This document shows, piece by piece, positions 1 through 9,550 of a stretch of DNA of 64,000 bases. Under the pieces are notes generated by a model. It ran no database searches. It saw nothing but the letters and a program-made list of their open reading frames with translations, and was not told where the DNA came from. Position 1 is the stretch's first letter, and the number at the start of each line of letters is the position of its first letter. The stretch is from Oscillospiraceae bacterium (GTDB lineage Bacteria > Bacillota > Clostridia > UMGS1810): NCBI GenBank assembly GCA_015069095.1, contig SVJH01000002.1:7650-71649 (forward strand), written 5' to 3'. Position numbers and translations under genes: made by a program.

Positions 1-160
1 TCTAACTGATTAACAAACTGCAAAGAGACTGTGGTTGGAGCCTCTCGAAAACCATCAAGTGGTAGGTGATAAAAACCAATCCACAGCATCTAAACAATTA
101 TATCATAGTTCTTGGAGAGGAACTCTAAAAACTACTACATTTATTATACGAGGTGATAAA

Positions 161-1309
161 ATGGAAATTATCAATCTGAAAAAAGAAAATTACGAAGAAC
201 TTATAAGCGTTTTAAACGAAGTTTTTAGTGAACATAACAATAAAAAAATGGATTTTGAAAAAGAACTTCCGAAAATGTGCAAAAAAGATGATGAGCACAC
301 AGGGAAGCATTACGGGATAAAAGACGACGGAAAAATTGTTGCCGTTATTGGTATTTACCCTATAAAAGTAAACATTATGGGGAAAGAACTTATGTTTTCT
401 ACCGTTGGAAATGTTGCAACGCTAAAGAAATACGAAGGCAAAGGCTATATGAAAGCACTTATGACATTTGCGATGGATAAAATTGAAAAAATGGGTGTTG
501 ACGCCTCGCGTCTTGGCGGTGCACGTCAAAGATACAACAGATACGGCTACGAAATGTGCGCATCTCTTTATAAATTTGATGTAAATGATTATACAACAAA
601 AAGTTGCTATACCAATAGAAAAAATATACGATTTGAAAAAATAGAAAAAGATGATATAGACAAACTTGAATTTATAAAAAGTATAAGAAAAAACAACGGT
701 ATTTATGTTTATCGTTCGGATGACAATGACATTTTGGGCGAATATGAAGTACTTGTTGCGTGGCAAAATACACCATACATTTGCATAGATGAAAACGGAA
801 ATTATACAGGATTTATAAGTGCAAACGAAAAAGGCGATGTCATAAGCGACGTTTGTGCTAAAGATATCGACTCATTTATCGACATTATATACAACTGGCA
901 GATAAAGGTTGGCGAAAAAATCTGGTTTACAGTGGGCGAATATGATACCGAGATAATAAAATATTTTTCTTCTGTTTGCTCAAATATGTCAATTTATCCA
1001 CCTTGCCATTTTAAAATTATTAACTTTGACAAAGTGGCAGATGCTCTAATTAAACTTAAAGCATCATACACAAAACTTAGTGATACAGAATTTGTTTTAG
1101 GTATAAAAGACTATGGAAACCTTTTAATCTGTGTAAAAGACGGAAAAGCATTTTGCGAAAAATGCGACAAAAAGCCTCATATTACACTCGACAAACTTTC
1201 AGCCACAAGATTTTTATTTGGTCCGTTTTCGCCAAATACAGTATGTGATGTAAATCTTTCTCATATATTGCCGCTTCCGCTCACATGGAACACGCTTGAC
1301 AGATTGTAA
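161..1309 (+). CDS. GNAT-family N-acetyltransferase with C-terminal SCP2-like extension (Eis-like architecture)
   Basis: ORF 35..1309. Internal ATG at 161 is preceded by AGGTGA (151-156). Contains a GNAT-like segment VATLKKYEGKGYMKALM, and the length fits Eis-type GNATs. Confidence 0.65.
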   Translation: MEIINLKKENYEELISVLNEVFSEHNNKKMDFEKELPKMCKKDDEHTGKHYGIKDDGKIVAVIGIYPIKVNIMGKELMFSTVGNVATLKKYEGKGYMKALMTFAMDKIEKMGVDASRLGGARQRYNRYGYEMCASLYKFDVNDYTTKSCYTNRKNIRFEKIEKDDIDKLEFIKSIRKNNGIYVYRSDDNDILGEYEVLVAWQNTPYICIDENGNYTGFISANEKGDVISDVCAKDIDSFIDIIYNWQIKVGEKIWFTVGEYDTEIIKYFSSVCSNMSIYPPCHFKIINFDKVADALIKLKASYTKLSDTEFVLGIKDYGNLLICVKDGKAFCEKCDKKPHITLDKLSATRFLFGPFSPNTVCDVNLSHILPLPLTWNTLDRL

Positions 1310-1324
1310 CAACAAGTATTTAAC

Positions 1325-1612
1325 ATAAGTGCGTTGGTCTTAGAGATAAAATTAAAACCGAGTGAAAATAAATCACTCGGTAATTTTATTGTTTGAATAT
1401 TGTAGGGGAGGGGCTCTGTCCCCTCCCGTTTTTCTTGGGTGTTTTTGCTATTGTTGTAGGGAATGGCGCGAAACGACGTCCCGTAAAGCCTCCCTTGTGT
1501 AAAGGGAGGGGGACCACATTGGTGGTGGAGGGATTGTAAATGTTAAAATTGCTACAGAAACAATCCCTCAGTCTTTCCTTACGGAAATCCAGCTCCCTTT
1601 AGGCAAGGGAGC
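1325..1612 (-). repeat. Composite palindromic intergenic repeat (family B), homologous to the reverse complement of 35841-36105
   Basis: Shares these modules with 35841-36105: the CCGAGTGA..TCACTCGG hairpin, GGCGCGAAACGACGTCCCGTAAAG, two GGGAG-box hairpins (1489-1509, 1592-1612) and GAGGGATTG/CAATCCCTC arms. Contains an extra hairpin insert TGTAGGGGAGGGG..CCCCTCCC at about 1402-1433. Confidence 0.8.
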
Positions 1613-1703
1613 CTTTTTAAAAAATCCCTAACACGCACCAACATATGTGGGGTATTTTTAATTATAAAAAGCCGGAACTTTTCGTTCCGGCTCTTATTTT
1701 TTC

Positions 1704-2528
1704 TTATTTACCTACCATTGCGTTTGCAAGTGTGTAGTCAAGTACTGCAGCATCTGCTGTTTTTGTGTTTACTTCAAGTAGTGCATCTGTCTGTTTTTTA
1801 ACTGCTGTATATTTTGCACTCTTTAAGTTTGCATCTTCTTTAATTGCTGTTTCGCCTGCAGAAGCAACTTCTGCTACAAGTTTTGCATCTTTAAGAGATG
1901 CTGTATCTTTATATTTGTTAGCATCTGCTTTTCTTATTACAACAACCTGTTTGTTTAAAATGTATGGAACTGTAAAGTCAAGATTTTCTTCTCTTTCTTC
2001 TGTAATTGTAAATCCGTTCCAGATACAGTCAATTTTTTTAGAGTTTAATTCCATTTCTTTTGTATCCCAGTTGATTTCAACAAATTCAGGTTCTACGCCA
2101 AGTTTTTTACAAACTGCTTTTGCAAATTCTGTGTCAAATCCAACAAATTCGCCTTTGTCATTTGTAAAGTTCATTGGGTCGTAAACTGTGTAACCAATTA
2201 CAAGACTTCCTTTTCCTTTTACATATTCAAGGTCGCTTTCACCACTTGCTTTGTTTTCTGCTTCGCCAATTTCCTGTAAATTGTCTGTTAAATCATATTT
2301 TGCAGCAATTTCTTTAAGTGTTCCGTCTTCGTAAAGTTCTTTGATGATTTTGTTAACTTCAGGAACGATATCACTGCCTGTTCTAAATCCAATTCCGTAC
2401 TCTTCTACTGCAAGGTCAAGACCTTCAATAACCATCAAATCTGAGTAGCTGCCACCTGTTTTGCCACCGCAACCTGCAAATGCAAATAGCACACATACCG
2501 TCATAAGTAATGCAATAATTCTTTTCAT
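1704..2528 (-). CDS. Amino-acid ABC transporter substrate-binding lipoprotein (PBP family 3)
   Basis: Lipoprotein signal MKRIIALLMTVCVLFAFAGCGG. Motifs such as IDCIWNGFTIT are typical of polar amino-acid binding proteins. Confidence 0.8.
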   Translation of the reverse strand: MKRIIALLMTVCVLFAFAGCGGKTGGSYSDLMVIEGLDLAVEEYGIGFRTGSDIVPEVNKIIKELYEDGTLKEIAAKYDLTDNLQEIGEAENKASGESDLEYVKGKGSLVIGYTVYDPMNFTNDKGEFVGFDTEFAKAVCKKLGVEPEFVEINWDTKEMELNSKKIDCIWNGFTITEEREENLDFTVPYILNKQVVVIRKADANKYKDTASLKDAKLVAEVASAGETAIKEDANLKSAKYTAVKKQTDALLEVNTKTADAAVLDYTLANAMVGK

Positions 2529-2828
2529 TTTTATTCACCCTTCTGTCTACTTTTAAAATATTTTTTTACTTTGATATAAACTATTCAAAGTAATTTACAT
2601 CTCAATTATAAATCAATGCTTTATTTTAGTAAAGTAACAAAGTATATATTTGTACTTATTGCATAAAAATTTCCTTGCACAATTTTACAAAAATATACAA
2701 ATCAAACAAAATAGTAATATTATATATGAAAACCCGTGAAAAATTTATCAAACTATGGTAAAATATAGCCGTTAAGTAATATGCTTTAGGAACCTTTTAA
2801 GGTTCTTTTAAAAGAAAGGAGTATTAAA

Positions 2829-3521
2829 ATGATTTATTCTTCAGAAGTTGAAAGAATGTGCGTAGTAAGAAAAGGCGCAAACCATGGTCCTGCACCAATT
2901 CCGGAGGAAGGCAAATGGGTTGCATCAAAAGAAATTAAAGATATCAGCGGTTTAACACACGGTGTGGGCTGGTGTGCTCCTCAGCAGGGTGCTTGTAAGT
3001 TAACACTTAATGTTAAAGACGGTATCATTGAAGAAGCATTAGTTGAAACACTTGGTTGTTCTGGTATGACTCACTCTGCTGCTATGGCAAGTGAAATTCT
3101 TCCTGGTAAAACAATTCTTGAAGCATTAAACACAGACCTTGTTTGCGATGCTATAAACACTGCTATGAGAGAACTTTTCCTTCAGATTGTTTACGGAAGA
3201 ACTCAGACTGCTTTCTCTGAAGGCGGACTTCCAATCGGTGCTGGTCTTGAAGACCTTGGTAAAGGACTTAGAAGCCAGGTTGGTACAATGTACGGTACTA
3301 AAGTTAAAGGTTCAAGATACCTTGAAATGGCAGAAGGTTATGTTACAAAAATCGCTCTTGACGAAGATGATGAAATCATCGGATACGAATTTGTTCATCT
3401 TGGCAAAATGATGGATATGATTAAAAAAGGCGAAGATGCTAACGATGCTCTTAAAAAAGCAACAGGTACATACGGTAGAGTTAGCGATGCTAAAAAACTT
3501 ATCGACCCAAGACATGAATAA
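2829..3521 (+). CDS. NifU/IscU-like iron-sulfur scaffold-like protein (usual partner of the GGGtGRT protein)
   Basis: RBS AAAGGAG lies upstream of the ATG. Cys-containing segment GCSGMTHSAAMASE. The next gene follows 21 nt downstream. Confidence 0.6.
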   Translation: MIYSSEVERMCVVRKGANHGPAPIPEEGKWVASKEIKDISGLTHGVGWCAPQQGACKLTLNVKDGIIEEALVETLGCSGMTHSAAMASEILPGKTILEALNTDLVCDAINTAMRELFLQIVYGRTQTAFSEGGLPIGAGLEDLGKGLRSQVGTMYGTKVKGSRYLEMAEGYVTKIALDEDDEIIGYEFVHLGKMMDMIKKGEDANDALKKATGTYGRVSDAKKLIDPRHE

Positions 3522-3541
3522 TTAAAAGGAGGATTAGTAAG

Positions 3542-4543
3542 ATGGCTTTATTCGAAAGTTATGAAAGAAGAATAGATAATATAAATAAAGTATTAAATGC
3601 TAACGGCATTAAATCTTTGGAAGAAGCAAGAGCAATCTGCACAGAAAAAGGCTTCGATCCATACGAAATCGTAAAACAGATTCAGCCAATCGCTTTTGAA
3701 AATGCTGGTTGGGCATACGTTGTAGGTGCTGCACTTGCAATCAAAAAAGGCTGCAAAGATGCTGCTGACGCTGCAGAAGTTATCGGTGAAGGCCTTCAGG
3801 CTTTCTGTATCGACGGTTCTGTTGCTGACGACAGAAAAGTTGGTATCGGTCATGGTAACTTAGGTGCAATGCTTCTTAGAGAAGAAACAAAATGTTTCGC
3901 ATTCTTAGCAGGTCATGAATCTTTTGCTGCTGCTGAAGGTGCTATCGGTATTGCAAGAACAGCAAACAAAGTAAGAAAAGAGCCTTTAAGAGTTATTCTT
4001 AACGGTCTTGGAAAAGATGCTGCACAGATTATTTCAAGAATTAACGGATTTACATACGTTCAGACAAAATTTGACTACACAACAGGTAAAGTTAGCGTAG
4101 TTAAAGAAAAAGCATACTCTGACGGAGAAAGAAGCAAAGTAAGATGTTACGGTGCTGATGACGTTAGAGAAGGTGTTGCTATTATGCATCTTGAAGGTGT
4201 TGACGTATCAATCACTGGTAACTCAACAAACCCAACAAGATTCCAGCACCCAGTTGCAGGTACATACAAAAAAGAATGTATCGAACAGGGTAAAAAATAC
4301 TTCTCAGTTGCTTCAGGCGGCGGTACAGGAAGAACACTTCATCCAGATAACATGGCTGCTGGTCCTGCTTCTTACGGTATGACAGATACTATGGGAAGAA
4401 TGCACTCTGATGCTCAGTTTGCAGGTTCTTCTTCAGTTCCTGCTCACGTTGAAATGATGGGACTTATCGGCGCTGGTAACAACCCAATGGTTGGTATGAC
4501 TGTTGCTGTTGCTGTTGCAGTTTCTGAAGCAATGAATAAATAA
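3542..4543 (+). CDS. GGGtGRT-family protein (conserved, function unknown)
   Basis: Signature SGGGTGRTLHPDN is present. RBS AAAGGAGG upstream. The last ~98 nt are duplicated at 13527-13624. Confidence 0.8.
   Translation: MALFESYERRIDNINKVLNANGIKSLEEARAICTEKGFDPYEIVKQIQPIAFENAGWAYVVGAALAIKKGCKDAADAAEVIGEGLQAFCIDGSVADDRKVGIGHGNLGAMLLREETKCFAFLAGHESFAAAEGAIGIARTANKVRKEPLRVILNGLGKDAAQIISRINGFTYVQTKFDYTTGKVSVVKEKAYSDGERSKVRCYGADDVREGVAIMHLEGVDVSITGNSTNPTRFQHPVAGTYKKECIEQGKKYFSVASGGGTGRTLHPDNMAAGPASYGMTDTMGRMHSDAQFAGSSSVPAHVEMMGLIGAGNNPMVGMTVAVAVAVSEAMNK
4446..4543 (+). repeat. attL-like direct repeat (island-supplied 3' end of the GGGtGRT gene)
   Basis: 92 of 98 positions match 13527-13624 by hand alignment. 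Perfect 44-bp block at 4475-4518. Confidence 0.75.
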
Positions 4544-4604
4544 GATAAATCAATAGTTTTAGAACTTTTGAAAATTTCTTGAAAGTAAATATGTAGAATT
4601 TTTT

Positions 4605-4655
4605 AGTTAGACACATCATTTTAAGGTTTATACCTATGATGTGTCTAACTTTTTT
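4605..4655 (+). terminator. Rho-independent terminator after the reconstituted GGGtGRT gene
   Basis: 15-bp stem AGTTAGACACATCAT / ATGATGTGTCTAACT followed by a T6 run. Confidence 0.6.
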
Positions 4656-4680
4656 ATTTTTAGAAGGGATTATATTTACT

Positions 4681-5622
4681 ATGAAGAAATTACAAATGTC
4701 TAAAGCTGAAACAATTACTTTTGAGCAAGGTTGTAATATGTACCTTGATAACTGCAGACAACGAAATTTGCGCGAAGGAACTATCAATCATTATAAGCAA
4801 AGTTACACTCAATTTTATAAACATTTCAACCCGCAAATGCCAATCACTAATTTGACGCAAGACGTCTATAAACAATTTATTGTACATCTAAGAAAAACAC
4901 TTCACAATGACGTCAGTATCAATTCATACTTGCGCGATTTGATTGCTACATTGCACTTTTTAATGAATGAAGGATATTTGGAGCATTATAAAATGCAAGC
5001 AATAAAAGTTGATAAGGCTCACGTTGAAACTTATACGGATGAAGAATTAAAACTACTATTAAAAAAACCAAATATCAAAAAGTGTAGTTTTTCAGAATAT
5101 CAAAGTTGGGTAATGACAAATTTTCTATTTTGTACTGGAGTAAGACAAAGAAGTTTAATTTTCATTCAAGTAAAAGATGTTGATTTGGATAATAATATGG
5201 TAAAAATAAATGTAACCAAAAACAGAAAACCTCTTCTTGTGCCAATCAACCAAACAATGGCAAACATTTTAAATGAATACTTAAAATATAGACAACATAA
5301 AACAACAGATGATTATTTGTTTTGTAATGTATTCGGTTCTCAACTAGTTAAAAGCACTTGCTATCAACGTCTATATGAATATAATAAACGACGCGGAGTT
5401 GAAACAACAGGCATTCATAGATACAGACATACATATGCAAAACAATGGATATTAAATGGCGGAAATGTTGTTACTCTTTCAAAACTTTTGGGACATTCAA
5501 GTCTTCAAATAACACAAAATTATATAAATTTACTTGTTAGTGATATTGCAGAACAAGTCAACGAAATCAATTTACTTGATAAATTTGCAGGAAATCAAAG
5601 TATAAAAATGAAAAAGAATTAA
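4681..5622 (+). CDS. int: Tyrosine-type site-specific integrase
   Basis: C-terminal catalytic region HRYRHTYAKQW...LLGHSSLQITQNYINL (H-x-x-R ... Y). N-terminal SAM-like core-binding domain. ATG at 4681 chosen within ORF 4636..5622. Confidence 0.85.
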   Translation: MKKLQMSKAETITFEQGCNMYLDNCRQRNLREGTINHYKQSYTQFYKHFNPQMPITNLTQDVYKQFIVHLRKTLHNDVSINSYLRDLIATLHFLMNEGYLEHYKMQAIKVDKAHVETYTDEELKLLLKKPNIKKCSFSEYQSWVMTNFLFCTGVRQRSLIFIQVKDVDLDNNMVKINVTKNRKPLLVPINQTMANILNEYLKYRQHKTTDDYLFCNVFGSQLVKSTCYQRLYEYNKRRGVETTGIHRYRHTYAKQWILNGGNVVTLSKLLGHSSLQITQNYINLLVSDIAEQVNEINLLDKFAGNQSIKMKKN

Positions 5623-5924
5623 ACCATTTTAGAGGATAGAACAATCAATGTTTTATCCTCTATTTTAATGTGATAAAAACATCTTTTATTCCAAAAGAAA
5701 ACAAGCCGGAAACGTCTATAAAACATTTATTTAACATCTTTTTAACTACTCTGATTTGTTTGTTACCGTTACCCACTAAAACAGAATAAAAAAATTTTTT
5801 AAAAAAACTTTGAAATTACCATTATAACGACACTTAGAATTATTGTACATGCTATAATTAAATCATAGAAAGGGCGAGAAAATAATAATCGTCTAAAAAT
5901 AATTATATAAAGGAGGATTTTGAA

Positions 5925-6332
5925 ATGAACATCAAAATCAATGAACAAAAAAAGGTAATAGAGGTAATTGGAAAAGCTTTTTCAAAAAAAGCAAGCGTAT
6001 ACGGAACAGAAGAATACAAGATGCTTCAAGATGCGCGCAAAGACTATCCTACATTCAGAGTAATAACGATAACAAATGCAAAGAAAAAAGTTTGTTATAA
6101 GGGGCTTACTTATGAATACATGGAAATGTATATCGAAAAACACGATGATGAAAACAAGTCAAAAATGTTAGCGTATAAAAATCTCCGTGCTCTTGATGAA
6201 GAATCAGAAATCGCATTTGCCGAAGCCTGTTCTTATCAAGAAATAAAAGAATGGTTTCTAAATGAATTCACAGAGATTGCGGAATTTCACAAAAAACGCG
6301 AATCAATTCTTGCCAATAAAAAATCAGCCTAA
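5925..6332 (+). CDS. Hypothetical island protein, paralog 1
   Basis: RBS AAAGGAGG upstream. Shares EEY..LQ..RKDYP...GLTY.YM..YI.K...IK.WFL with the next ORF. Confidence 0.6.
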   Translation: MNIKINEQKKVIEVIGKAFSKKASVYGTEEYKMLQDARKDYPTFRVITITNAKKKVCYKGLTYEYMEMYIEKHDDENKSKMLAYKNLRALDEESEIAFAEACSYQEIKEWFLNEFTEIAEFHKKRESILANKKSA

Positions 6333-6353
6333 TTCAGAAAGGAGTTTAAGACT

Positions 6354-6788
6354 ATGAAAAACACATTGAAAATCAATCATAATGAAAGAAAAATTATAAT
6401 GGACAGAACTTTTGCAAAATTTGCAGAAAACACTAGAAGCGAAGAATATGCACATCTTCAAATGGTGCGCAAAGACTACCCTAATTACAACGTCTTAGTT
6501 CGTACAATAAAGAAAAATCCAAATAAAAATTGTTATGATGGTCTTACATATCAGTATATGAAAAATTATATTGATAAATACGAAGAAGTAAATCAAAAAG
6601 AAAAAGTGTTGGAAGAATTAGATAATATGCTTTTCATTTCTCGATGCCATTCAAAAGCGCTTCGTTATCCAAAAATCAAAAAATGGTTTTTAGATAAATA
6701 TCCCAACATTGTTAAATTTGGTATGCCTAAAGAAGAAATTGAAAAAACAATTAACCTTTCCAAAAACGAAGTCTCACTGTCTGCATAA
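6354..6788 (+). CDS. Hypothetical island protein, paralog 2
   Basis: RBS AAAGGAG upstream. Paralog of 5925..6332. Confidence 0.6.
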   Translation: MKNTLKINHNERKIIMDRTFAKFAENTRSEEYAHLQMVRKDYPNYNVLVRTIKKNPNKNCYDGLTYQYMKNYIDKYEEVNQKEKVLEELDNMLFISRCHSKALRYPKIKKWFLDKYPNIVKFGMPKEEIEKTINLSKNEVSLSA

Positions 6789-6870
6789 ACAGTCTATTTA
6801 GCTTTTTATTTAACACTAATATATTATATAATAATGTTAATTCATTAACTAAAAAAGAAAGGAACTAATT

Positions 6871-7512
6871 ATGTTAAAACTTGCGTCATATACTAAGTCA
6901 GAAATGACAGAAATATTTAAAACAAAAAATATGCAAGGTCTACAAAGAAAACTTCAAAGAATTGGTGTTTCTTTCAAAGTAACTGGCAAGGGAGATAATG
7001 CGATATTTACAATAACAAATATAGAAAATCCATTTAAAATATATTGTATGACAGAATTAGGTTTTGATGGTCGTTCAGACTTTTACAAAATAAGAAATTT
7101 TTATTATTACTATTTTAATGATGAAGAGTTCAGAAGCATGCCAAATGAAGTACAAGAAAATAGAATGCGATTAGAACATAAATACATATCGAGACAAACC
7201 ATTGCAAATTATATAAATAAACTTTGCAAAAAAAACTTTGTTACTAAAAATAACAGTTATATATATTATTTTGCACATAAAAACAATCAAAGAATAGTAG
7301 AAAAAAAAGAATACTGTGAAGCTTGGCATATGTATTGGAGTGATATTGGAAAAGGATATACTTCACGCGATGCAATCTATAATATGATAAGAAATTACGG
7401 TGGTGTTGCAAGAAAACAAGAGATTGCTGAAATAAATGGTATTTACAATAAAGATATAGAACTTTTACGTAATCTAATACAAGAAGATATGGAAAAAGAA
7501 TTAAGCGAATAA
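6871..7512 (+). CDS. Hypothetical island protein with a possible central helix-turn-helix
   Basis: RBS AAAGGAA upstream. Segment ISRQTIANYINKLCKKNFV resembles an HTH. No family recognised. Confidence 0.5.
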   Translation: MLKLASYTKSEMTEIFKTKNMQGLQRKLQRIGVSFKVTGKGDNAIFTITNIENPFKIYCMTELGFDGRSDFYKIRNFYYYYFNDEEFRSMPNEVQENRMRLEHKYISRQTIANYINKLCKKNFVTKNNSYIYYFAHKNNQRIVEKKEYCEAWHMYWSDIGKGYTSRDAIYNMIRNYGGVARKQEIAEINGIYNKDIELLRNLIQEDMEKELSE

Positions 7513-7572
7513 TTAAGTTTTATATTGGCAACATAATAAAATGCGTATCAAACAAAACTTCATAATAATCTA

Positions 7573-7615
7573 AATGCAAGTAGATTTTTAATTATACTAC
7601 TTGCATTTTTATTTT
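7573..7615 (+). terminator. Rho-independent terminator after the 6871..7512 gene
   Basis: Stem AATGCAAGTAG / CTACTTGCATT followed by a T-run. Confidence 0.55.
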
Positions 7616-7767
7616 GCGAAAACGAAGATAACACCGTTTTTTCATTTCAAAAGTCACTTAGAAAAAGATTAAAGCAAACACAAAAAAATATACGTCTATT
7701 AACCGGTTTTTCCCAAAATATGCCCGCATTCGTCTATAAATATGTTATATTTTAGAAAATAAATTGA

Positions 7768-7823
7768 GTCGGAATATTGACATTCATTATAAAACTAATG
7801 AATGTCAATATTCCGACTTTTTT
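7768..7823 (+). terminator. Perfect 21-bp stem hairpin plus T6 immediately upstream of the mod promoter region
   Basis: GTCGGAATATTGACATTCATT (7768-7788) pairs with AATGAATGTCAATATTCCGAC (7797-7817). 8-nt loop, then TTTTTT. Confidence 0.6.
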
Positions 7824-7892
7824 ATTGATATTGTCATCTAAATATGATATACTCAAAATATCGAAAGCAACAAAAATCCAAGGAGAATTAAA

Positions 7893-9548
7893 ATGGCTAA
7901 TTTTTTTGACACAGTTATTGAAGTTTTGAAACAGGACGAAAGGTTCTTTTCGGAAGAGGGCGAATTACTACGAAACACCGTGTATGAGTCGGCTATGAAA
8001 ATGGATAGCGACCTTTTGAAGTTGCTTTATAATAATGAAATGACAAGAGAACGCTTCTTTACTGATGTTGACGGTATTTCAGTTTTTGATAAAGTCGGCT
8101 TCGGATGGGTTATCAATAATCGTCAGTTTCTTCCCGATTCATATACTCGTTATAAAAACAAAATCGGATTAACGAATGGCAACGGCGATTACATTTCAAC
8201 ATCTAATGATGTTGAGCTTGTATTCCCGTACAAAGATTGCGTTTTGGCTGGCGGTCAAACAAAAGAAGACCAGAATCGTAGCGAAATTTTCTATAACGAA
8301 ACGCTTGCTCCTGATGAAGTGGATAGACTTCTTTATCCGAAAGTATTTACTAACGCTAAAAGATATACTACCAATGGGAAAGAAGAAATTGTTGAATTTA
8401 ACGAAAACGACAATTTAATTATAAAAGGAAATAATCTGCTTGTATTAGCTTCGTTGTTAAAGAGATTTGAGGGAAAAATTAAATGTGTCTATATTGACCC
8501 TCCGTTTAATACTCAAAAAGATGATTTTAAATATAATGACAACTTTAATCATTCAACTTGGTTATCATTTATGAGAAATAGATTGATGATAGCAAAAAAA
8601 TTATTAGCTCCAGATGGCAGTATATTTGTACATTTGGATTTTCATGAGAGTCATTATGCTAAAATTTTGATGGATGAAATATTTGGTAGAGAATGTTTTA
8701 GAAATAATATAGTTTGGTGCTATACAGGTCCATCAGGCTCAAATAATTTTCTCCCAAGAAAACACGATGACATACTTTATTATAGTAAAACAGAAAATAA
8801 CAAGTATCACATACAGTATATCGAACATAAAAGTGGTGTTCATAACAGCGGACAAGTTTTTGGAAGTACAGATGTTATAGACAACTTTAAAGCAGAAGCC
8901 GAGCAGAAGGGAAAGAAGTTAGAAGATTTTTGGTTAGACATATACTCAACCGATAGATATAGGTCTGAAATGCTTGGATTTGCTGGGCAAAAGCCTGAAA
9001 AGCTAATTCAAAGGATACTTAACATTTCAACCGATGAAAATGACATTGTTCTTGATTTTCATCTTGGTTCAGGAACAACTGCGGCAGTAGCACATAAAAT
9101 GAAACGAAAATATATATGTGTTGAACAAATGGAATCCCAAATTGAATTATCTATTGATAGGTTAATAAATGTTATTGACGGGGAACAAACTGGTATATCA
9201 AAAGATGTAGATTGGCAAGGCGGTGGTTCTTTCGTATATTGTGAACTTGCCAAACTGAACCAGAAGTATGTAGATGGTATTCAGACAGCAACAAACGATT
9301 CTGAAATTGTTTCTATTTGGGAAGAGATGTTAAAAACAGGATTTATCAGTTGTAAGGTTAAACCGAGCGAAATTGATATGGAAGATACCGATTTTTTGGA
9401 ATTATCTCTTGACGATAAAAAGCGTTTCCTTATGGAAATGCTTGATAAGAATCAGTTGTATGTAAATTATTGTGATATTGAAGATGAAACTTTTGCCGTG
9501 TCCGAAGCAGATAAGGCATTCACCAAAAGTTTCTATGGGGGGATGTAA
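7893..9548 (+). CDS. mod: Type III restriction-modification system methyltransferase (Mod, N6-adenine, beta class)
   Basis: Motif IV VYIDPPFNT precedes motif I FHLGSGTTAAVA. The res gene follows 2 nt after the stop. Confidence 0.85.
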   Translation: MANFFDTVIEVLKQDERFFSEEGELLRNTVYESAMKMDSDLLKLLYNNEMTRERFFTDVDGISVFDKVGFGWVINNRQFLPDSYTRYKNKIGLTNGNGDYISTSNDVELVFPYKDCVLAGGQTKEDQNRSEIFYNETLAPDEVDRLLYPKVFTNAKRYTTNGKEEIVEFNENDNLIIKGNNLLVLASLLKRFEGKIKCVYIDPPFNTQKDDFKYNDNFNHSTWLSFMRNRLMIAKKLLAPDGSIFVHLDFHESHYAKILMDEIFGRECFRNNIVWCYTGPSGSNNFLPRKHDDILYYSKTENNKYHIQYIEHKSGVHNSGQVFGSTDVIDNFKAEAEQKGKKLEDFWLDIYSTDRYRSEMLGFAGQKPEKLIQRILNISTDENDIVLDFHLGSGTTAAVAHKMKRKYICVEQMESQIELSIDRLINVIDGEQTGISKDVDWQGGGSFVYCELAKLNQKYVDGIQTATNDSEIVSIWEEMLKTGFISCKVKPSEIDMEDTDFLELSLDDKKRFLMEMLDKNQLYVNYCDIEDETFAVSEADKAFTKSFYGGM

Positions 9549-9550
9549 TT

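Noticed and set aside
2529-2828. Possible riboswitch in the 300-bp divergent spacer upstream of the NifU-like gene
   Set aside because: Only a promoter-like TGGTAAAAT and one weak hairpin (about 2790-2812) are visible, with no conserved riboswitch core that I can recognise.
4464-4787. Minus-strand ORFs 4464..4787 and 13545..13736, both containing QQQQQQSYQPLGCY
   Set aside because: They are antisense translations of the att direct repeat (GTTGCTGTTGCT...). They were useful only as a flag for the duplication.
7901-7907. T7 homopolymer at codons 4-5 of mod as a phase-variation tract (phasevarion)
   Set aside because: Seven T's is short, and such runs are common in this AT-rich genome. There are no longer simple-sequence repeats in mod or res.
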